Assembly (NCBI GenBank): GCA_049599475.1
Contig: JBMYOQ010000040.1
Span: 1-36,583, forward strand
Source: Opitutales bacterium
Lineage (GTDB): Bacteria; Verrucomicrobiota; Verrucomicrobiia; Opitutales; JABSRG01
Direction: 5' to 3'
DNA: 36,583 bases
The translations under genes were made by a program, and so were the position numbers. Every line of letters starts with the position of its first letter. Positions within the stretch are counted from its first letter, which is position 1. Under the pieces are notes generated by a model, which was not told where the DNA came from, searched no databases, and was given only the letters and a program-made list of their open reading frames with translations. Positions 30,801 to 36,583 of this stretch are shown here, one piece after another.

Positions 30801-33788
30801 ATGATGGCCGTCCCTAGCACCGTAGAAGAAATTCCGTCCAATACGATATACTCATGGCGTAAGGTGGTTACTCTGAGTGAGATCGTAGACGGGGAGGCAA
30901 TCAACCCCACAGACCTTGGAATCATCGCCTCCCGCAGCTTTGATTATAGCAGCCAAAGAGTCTCAGGATACATTCCCAAAGCCGGGCGTTATCGTCTCGA
31001 CACGACAAAGGGCGACGGGCCGCGAAGACCGTTAATAGACTTCGTGGATGTGACAAACGGGAACAACACCTACAGGTATGAGGCCAATCTTGAGGATTCA
31101 GAGAACATCACAAGAGGTACGATCACCAATGCTGAACCTGGGACCAATCTAGAGGACGCCACCGAAGGCGTTTACGTCCACGCCGGTTCACGTTTCGGTA
31201 TGAAATGGGATTTCGAGGCCTTCCAAGCTGGCTCTTATGAAATGACTCTCAGAGCGGCGTCTAGACTCGTAAATAGCTACATGGGCCTCTTCATCAACGA
31301 CGAGAAGATCGATGTGCTCCATCTCAAGGGAAAAACTTTCAAGGAGCTGACTTGGACCGCAGAACTGGTAGAGGGCAACAACGTCATCGAGCTACGAGAC
31401 TCCGAAGGCTCCTCTGAATTCCACGTCGATTACCTCGATATTAAAATACCTGACTGGCAGGCACCAGAAGTTTACCTTCCACGGAATAGCAGCCAGCTAG
31501 CCCTCGATATAAACGGTGGCATGATCTACACGGTGAACCCCGACAATGACACCATTACCGCTATTGAGAGCGTCGAAAATGTAGACCCTGCACCCGTATG
31601 GGAGCTCGATACACCCGGTAATCCCAAGAGCATTGCCATGGATGCAGCCGGGCTTCTGTGGGTCACCTTACATGAGGGTGATGCCATTCGAATCATCGAT
31701 CCAGCACTGCAAGAAAGTGTCCTCGACCTCACCCTCGATTACGGCTCTCGCCCCCACGACATCGTCATGAGCCGCGATGGAACCCGAGCCTTCATTTCGC
31801 TTTATGGAAGCGGGCAAATCATCCAGATGGATACGACTGACTATAGTTTCGTGAGCTCGGTCGATACGGGCCCCTACCCCGCAGCACTCGCCCTCCGAGG
31901 CAGAGATCTAGAACTGCTCGCAGCACGCTTCATTTCCCCAGCAGACTGGGGCGAAATATACTCTATTGCGATCGATCCGGAAACTGAGGATATGAGCCTG
32001 AGCTCCACCTTGACCCTCGCTAAAGATACCGTGAGTGAGGTGGGTCCAAGTTCTGGCCAGGGCGTTCCCAACTATTTGGCGAGCATCGTGATCAACCCCG
32101 AGGACACCATTGCCTACATTGCATCTCAGGAGGTCAACAGCGTAGCGGGCGCCTTCCGCAACGGTGAACAGCTGAATCACGATTCTACCGTTCGCCCCAT
32201 CGTCTCCATGATAAACCTGGAGACAGGCGAAGAAGACTTCGAAAGCCGCATCGACCTAAACGACGCTGCGCAACCCCAGGCGATCACCTTCTCACCGGAC
32301 GGCACATACATGTTTATCGCTCTCCAAGGAAGCAACGTCATCTCCGCGAGAACTACAGCAGACAATGTCGAACGGTCGAGCCTGAGCACCGATCTCGCAC
32401 CTCAAGGCCTGATTGTGGACCCCGGGACAAATCGCCTCTTTGTTAAAAACTTCATGAGCCGCTCAGTCACCGTCCACGATGTTTCTGGCCAATTATCCGA
32501 CAACAGCAGACTAGACATCTCTACGCTCATAGAAAAGGAAGAGGCGCTCGATCCCCAGATACTCCTCGGCAAGCAGATCTTCTATAATGCGGATGACGAG
32601 CGTATGAGCTTCGAAAGCTATATCTCTTGCGCATCCTGCCACCAGGACGGCGGTCATGACGGTGTAGTCTGGGATTTCACCCAACGCGGAGAGGGCCTGC
32701 GTAATACCACCGATCTGCGTGGTCGCTCCGGCACGGCGCATGGCAATGTGCACTGGACCGCAAACTTTGACGAAATTCAAGACTTCGAGTTAGACATCGT
32801 AAACGATTTCGACGGCGATGGCTTTATCGAAGACGAAGACCCCAATGATGCCATGGGAGCGCCCAATGCGGGCCGCAGTGACGATCTCGATGCACTCGCT
32901 GCCTACGTCGCCTCCCTAGGCGAAGAAACCGTGCCTCCGAGCCCTTACCGTGAACCCGATGGCTCGCTCAGCACCCAAGGGATGCACGGCATGCGTCTCT
33001 TTACGGGCGAGCTCACTCCGGCTTCCGGCAACACCCTAAGCTGTATGGAGTGTCACGCTCGCGATTATGAATATAACAATAGCCAGAGCTTCGCCGGGGA
33101 AAGCATTCCAAGTGGCGCATTGCGCGATGTCGGAACCCTCGAAAGTAGCTCGGGCACACGCCGGGGAAGCCCTCTTCTCGGAATCGACACACCGACACTC
33201 TGGGGACTGCACGCAGGTGCTCCGTATCTGCACAATGGCAGTGCAGCAACAATCGAGGCGGTGTTTGACAAGTTCGATCCAGACGCCCCTCTCGGCTCGG
33301 ATGGAGCCGCACACAACCTATCTGAAAGTGGCTACGACTTGACCGACGATGAACATGCAAGCCTCATGTCCTTCCTTTATCAGATCGATAATACTGAGCG
33401 TGAGCAGATGAATTCAGGCACCTGGATGGCGTCCTGGGGTCAGGATCTGGGCCCGAAAACGGCAGACTTCGACGGCGACACCATAAGCAACTTCCAGGAA
33501 TATCTATTCGGAGGCAATCCAATGCGCTTCGATAGCCCCGATATTCTGCCCAAGATCGTATTCGAGGACGGAGTTCCCCAGTACAGCTTCAATTGGCCAG
33601 CGAACGACCCGAATATCAGCTACACACTGCAGACTTCGGTCGACTTGAATGAATGGACCGAATTCATCGACGCAGGCGTTCCCACCGCAGCAACGATCGA
33701 CGCCTTCCTGGATTCTATCCAACTCGTCATTGACGAAAATCAAGAGCAATCCTTCTACCGGCTGGAGGTGTTTGAGTCAGAACTGTAA
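27894..33788 (+). CDS. Second giant secreted di-haem protein, paralogue of 11588..18679, ending in a verrucomicrobial-type C-terminal domain
   Basis: Sec signal ending TPA-Q; same domain order through the di-haem domain; CASCH at 32628-32642 and CMECH at 33042-33056; near-identical WDFTQRGEGLRNTTDLRGR and HWxxNFDEIQDFE; C-terminus DFDGDTISNFQEYLFGGNP...SVDLNEW...FYRLEV. Confidence 0.9.
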   Translation: MNKICLMFGIAALIPSLTPAQVAFRSDNSGPVAQRDFFFHWNGFEAEWFGPEVQYVQDGDTKLVDTNSPTTFPNGYVGSSFAYSMTGVQDWNTENAEKVLNGLSIDEGNGPVTYPDFPAYLAARTAANVGKHGGSQFGFGIQTDVTEDELGGNVRADKLDYKGEAIIITFDTDGSLDMDNAVGTFGPIPNQRFENTGLRDDVTLTITEVHVRRWYEGQDIYVDILFYDASTGQILTDANGSPALHKYEDLGPADKDDRNSPDRPFFTQGAPWVIEDGDMLIIAHPTDESQNLNGITSELWSMTFDLNYDKPAFEYPEVPGDPNLIPQHPYSPGFHNTWREDGERIALYRTVPKEPDPNADPETDPVGARDFETIRTVVTEFHRGHLITDNRIASEENKGIYFDFSTVTDPDRDESNEDNLRPSVAFQGVTAGAMHQAWHLIPDYRGNHGPTNWVELSGLSDPSPTVEKVFTPPGFDFLAGDARSSYALPYVYSKFGDGREIADARTGEQLSSYSEHGFGSDVISMPVGNILLVCKVRAGERAIATYDVSDPRRPALLDVMREDDPRWKDTNRGAYEPAVYNNYIVLPAGVGGSRVAFIDYSDPSNLRMHHSIREVEGGVRYVQFQDHRMFVGRQVVDLFHIDAGISSIEHNFTGSSGEYLLPLGNLLLSAENSEQGITNQAAIYAFQAEPDVRSPKVSYHIPADGAVDQHIKSRIGLIIHETLDLTTLHPANPNSPSDTDPLRVYRLGTDGEPEALISGTVVVSDKDVITFTPNADLDYATRYRVVAEGFTDIVGNPVIPHQFEFETQSAGAIWYPEIEYAGLAPDSESIVGQTINFSTVASPYEGESADTLEYRWDFGDGTISDWISSSEESHIYSFPGTFTVRAWVRSENAPDLKVVRMFETRADFKDAGEDGFEPRFEAEFGTLTGNHSEIQSDSDASGGLTVKTGASSGVYWDFETVGGDFDFKFMMAVPSTVEEIPSNTIYSWRKVVTLSEIVDGEAINPTDLGIIASRSFDYSSQRVSGYIPKAGRYRLDTTKGDGPRRPLIDFVDVTNGNNTYRYEANLEDSENITRGTITNAEPGTNLEDATEGVYVHAGSRFGMKWDFEAFQAGSYEMTLRAASRLVNSYMGLFINDEKIDVLHLKGKTFKELTWTAELVEGNNVIELRDSEGSSEFHVDYLDIKIPDWQAPEVYLPRNSSQLALDINGGMIYTVNPDNDTITAIESVENVDPAPVWELDTPGNPKSIAMDAAGLLWVTLHEGDAIRIIDPALQESVLDLTLDYGSRPHDIVMSRDGTRAFISLYGSGQIIQMDTTDYSFVSSVDTGPYPAALALRGRDLELLAARFISPADWGEIYSIAIDPETEDMSLSSTLTLAKDTVSEVGPSSGQGVPNYLASIVINPEDTIAYIASQEVNSVAGAFRNGEQLNHDSTVRPIVSMINLETGEEDFESRIDLNDAAQPQAITFSPDGTYMFIALQGSNVISARTTADNVERSSLSTDLAPQGLIVDPGTNRLFVKNFMSRSVTVHDVSGQLSDNSRLDISTLIEKEEALDPQILLGKQIFYNADDERMSFESYISCASCHQDGGHDGVVWDFTQRGEGLRNTTDLRGRSGTAHGNVHWTANFDEIQDFELDIVNDFDGDGFIEDEDPNDAMGAPNAGRSDDLDALAAYVASLGEETVPPSPYREPDGSLSTQGMHGMRLFTGELTPASGNTLSCMECHARDYEYNNSQSFAGESIPSGALRDVGTLESSSGTRRGSPLLGIDTPTLWGLHAGAPYLHNGSAATIEAVFDKFDPDAPLGSDGAAHNLSESGYDLTDDEHASLMSFLYQIDNTEREQMNSGTWMASWGQDLGPKTADFDGDTISNFQEYLFGGNPMRFDSPDILPKIVFEDGVPQYSFNWPANDPNISYTLQTSVDLNEWTEFIDAGVPTAATIDAFLDSIQLVIDENQEQSFYRLEVFESEL

Positions 33789-33843
33789 TTCCCGCGGAAG
33801 GGGCGATGTCCCAAAAATGGCGCTGCCTTAAGAGAAAAAAAGG

Positions 33844-33930
33844 GGTAGCAACCGATCTCCGAGCGGTTGAAGACAGCAATTTCGCCCAGCTGATACGCCG
33901 CATTCGGCCGCTCGGAGATCGGCCGCTACC
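33844..33930. repeat. GTAG-type REP doublet after the second giant gene
   Basis: GGTAGCAACCGATCTCCGAGCGGTTGAA is inverted against TTCGGCCGCTCGGAGATCGGCCGCTACC (24/28). Confidence 0.8.
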
Positions 33931-34142
33931 GATGACATCATCCTAAACGCAGCGCCATTGCTTCGCCATCTCCGGCAAGCCTCCGTCCACTGAGGACACC
34001 GTCCCTTCAGAAAATCCTTTATGATTATTGTGGTCCCAGTATGAATAGACTTCCGAGTATTGCTCAAAACCTACAGCCTGCCTCTACACCGCCGATTATT
34101 ACTACGCATACCTCACGCCAGGCGCCATAAATGTAGTCACAT

Positions 34143-36203
34143 ATGAATCAAGAGCTCTCCGATCAAGACTTCCTAAAGGCCTACACCGAGGCGTCGGTAG
34201 ACCTTGGAGAGTTTGATCAATTTCGAGTCAGCATAGACACTCAAAGATATCGCAACGAGAAGTTCGTCGCCGAAGGGGGAACCAAGAAAATATATAAGGC
34301 CTATGACTCGGCAGGAAAGCGTGTCGTCGCTCGCGCTTTCCCAAAACTTGAGGAATCCAAGCATCACGACACCTTCGTTCGAGAGGCGCGCCTACACGCC
34401 CAGCTCGAGCACCCGAATATCATTCCTATTTACGATATTGGTGTAGAGGACGCCAAGCCCTACTTCTCCATGAAGTTTATCGTGGGCGGCACCCTCAAAA
34501 CATTTATCGAAAACGCCGAGGTAGAAGCGTCGCGGATGATATCTGAGAATTTAAATACAGCGTTCGATATCTTCCTAAAGATCTCCGATGCCGTATCCTA
34601 CGCCCATTCGAAGAATATCCTGCACCTCGATTTAAAACCGGATAATATTTACCTCAACGAATACGGAGAAGTCTATGTCGGCGATTGGGGCTTGTCGCGG
34701 GCCTTGGACCCGGAGGACTACGAGGAGAGCGAAGTGCCCAACTCATTGGGCCAATGGTCGCACTACGGACATTTGATCGGGACTCCCGGTTTCATGGCTC
34801 CGGAACAATGCGTAAAAGGCGCCGAAAAAGGATACTACAGCGATGTCTACTCATTAGCTGTATTGCTCATTCAACTACTCACGGGAAAAATGGTCGTAAA
34901 TGGGTCCCCCGAAGAAATGATTGAACAGACGGTGAACGGGGACCTCATCGACTTGAATGGTTTGCTAGACGATCGCCTACTTGGTGTATTGAAAAAAGCA
35001 CTGTCCACCGACCCCACCGATCGCTACCAGTCGGTCAAAGATCTGTTGACCGATATTAACGCCTACAGAAACGGCTTCTTCACCTCGACGGAACAGTTTT
35101 CGGTACTCAAGTTGATATCAGCGATCTACAATCGCAATAAGGTAACTTCTAATCTAGTGCTCGGGTTTGCCGCTATAATATTTGCCTTAAGTATTTTCTT
35201 CGTTGTCGAGATTACTCAGGCCCGTGACTACGCGTTCGCTCAAGAAGAGATCAGTAAGGATAGGCTGGCACAATACCTTGAGAGTGAAGTGCAGCGCTCA
35301 AAGGTCATCACCAACGCTTATAACTTCCTTCTCAGCGAAGGGATCGAGAACTATGAACGCCGTCGGCCCGGCTCTGGGTTCTCGAGTGAGAATTTTTCAG
35401 ACGCCCTCAACATGGCCGAGATTGCTCTCAAATTCGACCCCAGCTCGTCGGAAGCCTGGGCCCTCAAGGCCAAAATATATATGGTAGAGGGCCTTTTTAG
35501 CGAAGCCCACGCAGCCTTTTCGCGTGCCGGACCAGGCTACGAAAAATATATGGAGATATGCACCTTTGCAGACAGCAAGGATACACGAAAACTCCCCGAT
35601 CTCGTCGATGTATTAATCAAACTGCGGACACTCAATGACAATCGCCTGTTTAATCATATAATGTTCCGCGAAATGTATCGACAGCGGCCACCACACAAGC
35701 AAGTCGAGCTGGTGAGAGAATTCCTGATACTTAGAAATAAGTCCAACATTAGTATCAATTTTCGATTCGACAAAGATCGGATGGCCTTAGACCTTTCCGG
35801 CAGTACAGAGCTCGAAATCCTCTACCCTCTCCAAATCCTCCCACTTCGAGAACTCAACCTCGCAAACACAGGCGTACGCCATGGCGACTTTCTGCACATT
35901 CAGAATATGCCCCTCACCCATTTAGACGTTTCAAATACCGTTTTCGACAATGCACGCATGCGCATTCTCGAAAAGAAACCCTTGCATACCCTTTCCCTGG
36001 AAAACTGTTCTGTGAGCGATCTGAGGGCCTTAAAGGAAACACCATTAAAACATCTCAACATAGCGGGTACACCCGTACAAAATTTCAAACCTTTGAAATC
36101 TGTAGAGCAGCTAGAAACAATCGTGTGTTCGCCCTCTCAGTTGCCGAAAATCAAAAGTGTTCTTCCAGCAAATCAAAACATTCAGTTCGTAATAAGAAAC
36201 TGA
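34143..36203 (+). CDS. Second membrane Ser/Thr kinase, WNK-like and non-RD, with TM, TPR-like repeat and LRRs
   Basis: AEGGTK, VARA, FVREA, LEHPNI, HLDLKPDNI, GDWG, GTPGFMAPEQ, DVYSL; TM LVLGFAAIIFALSIFFVV; TPR-like ALKFDPSSSEAWALKAKIY; LRRs LPLRELNLANT, MPLTHLDVSNT, KPLHTLSLENC, TPLKHLNIAGT. Confidence 0.92.
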   Translation: MNQELSDQDFLKAYTEASVDLGEFDQFRVSIDTQRYRNEKFVAEGGTKKIYKAYDSAGKRVVARAFPKLEESKHHDTFVREARLHAQLEHPNIIPIYDIGVEDAKPYFSMKFIVGGTLKTFIENAEVEASRMISENLNTAFDIFLKISDAVSYAHSKNILHLDLKPDNIYLNEYGEVYVGDWGLSRALDPEDYEESEVPNSLGQWSHYGHLIGTPGFMAPEQCVKGAEKGYYSDVYSLAVLLIQLLTGKMVVNGSPEEMIEQTVNGDLIDLNGLLDDRLLGVLKKALSTDPTDRYQSVKDLLTDINAYRNGFFTSTEQFSVLKLISAIYNRNKVTSNLVLGFAAIIFALSIFFVVEITQARDYAFAQEEISKDRLAQYLESEVQRSKVITNAYNFLLSEGIENYERRRPGSGFSSENFSDALNMAEIALKFDPSSSEAWALKAKIYMVEGLFSEAHAAFSRAGPGYEKYMEICTFADSKDTRKLPDLVDVLIKLRTLNDNRLFNHIMFREMYRQRPPHKQVELVREFLILRNKSNISINFRFDKDRMALDLSGSTELEILYPLQILPLRELNLANTGVRHGDFLHIQNMPLTHLDVSNTVFDNARMRILEKKPLHTLSLENCSVSDLRALKETPLKHLNIAGTPVQNFKPLKSVEQLETIVCSPSQLPKIKSVLPANQNIQFVIRN

Positions 36204-36226
36204 GTACTCGGGCCAACTCAACTAAA

Positions 36227-36333
36227 GGTAGCCGACGACCTCCGGGCGGCGGTCCAACGTTGCACCGACAAACCCACTTCGACCGATTGCACCTACATCC
36301 CAAACCCATCGCCCGTTCGGAGAACGAGCTACC
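36227..36333. repeat. Degenerate GTAG-type REP pair downstream of the kinase
   Basis: GGTAGCCGACGACCTCCGGGCGGC resembles the 20034 arm; the distal arm ends GAGCTACC; arms match only weakly. Confidence 0.5.
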
Positions 36334-36531
36334 AGATTCTTGTAGGGTTACTCGATAGTCCTTAAGCAAACCAGAGAGGGAGATTTTTCCTCAATGTCCG
36401 CCACGACGCACTCCGCTGACGGTGAGGAAAGCGTCTCTCCCTTAAATCCTGAACAAGTAATCGAACGGTAATGCGAATGTGCTTTCGAGGAACGCTCTTT
36501 ATCACCAATTCCCGCTACAATCCGTTAAGGC

Positions 36532-36583
36532 TGTCATTTTGCGGGTTAAAGTGCACCACTCGTTTGCGGGTCAAAGTGCACCA
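36532..36583. mobile_element. IS21-family-like terminal sequence at the window edge
   Basis: Begins TGT; contains TTTGCGGGT(T/C)AAAGTGCACCA twice (36538-36558, 36563-36583; 20/21 identical, 25-bp period), the reiterated-site pattern of IS21 ends. istA/istB are not in the window. Confidence 0.72.

Noticed and set aside
36538..36583. Direct repeat as a CRISPR array
   Set aside because: Only two units with a 4-bp gap and no cas genes; it fits an IS21 end better.

Overview
The window looks like a whole contig of a PVC-superphylum bacterium, probably a marine Opitutales/Coraliomargarita-like verrucomicrobium (inferred from protein architectures), bounded by probable IS termini at both ends (IS5-like on the left, IS21-like on the right). 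From left to right it carries: a filamentous-haemagglutinin (TpsA-like) adhesin gene that appears cut at its 3' end; an orphan secreted protein; an aldo-keto reductase/amidohydrolase/Zn-dehydrogenase sugar-oxidation operon with an AraC regulator; a 1.1 kb ORF-free region; and a 2363-aa secreted multidomain di-haem (bCcP/MauG-superfamily) protein. Then come a DUF533 gene bracketed by two MITE-like elements carrying REP doublets, a Tat-signal histone-deacetylase-family gene, an EcsC-like gene with an internal stop, and RidA, ADP-ribosylglycohydrolase and sulfatase genes. The right third is a module of an ECF sigma factor plus membrane Ser/Thr kinase, divergent from a 1964-aa paralogue of the di-haem protein, followed by a second kinase. 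Most notable: (1) both kinases have a WNK-like active site (Lys in place of the third Gly of the Gly-rich loop, Ala in place of the VAxK Lys), are non-RD and carry C-terminal LRRs beyond a TM helix; (2) the two giant di-haem proteins share an unrecognised ~200-260 aa domain that is repeated at the C-terminus of one of them, and appear to lack the usual Met/Tyr distal haem ligand. All calls come from motif reading; no database searches were run.
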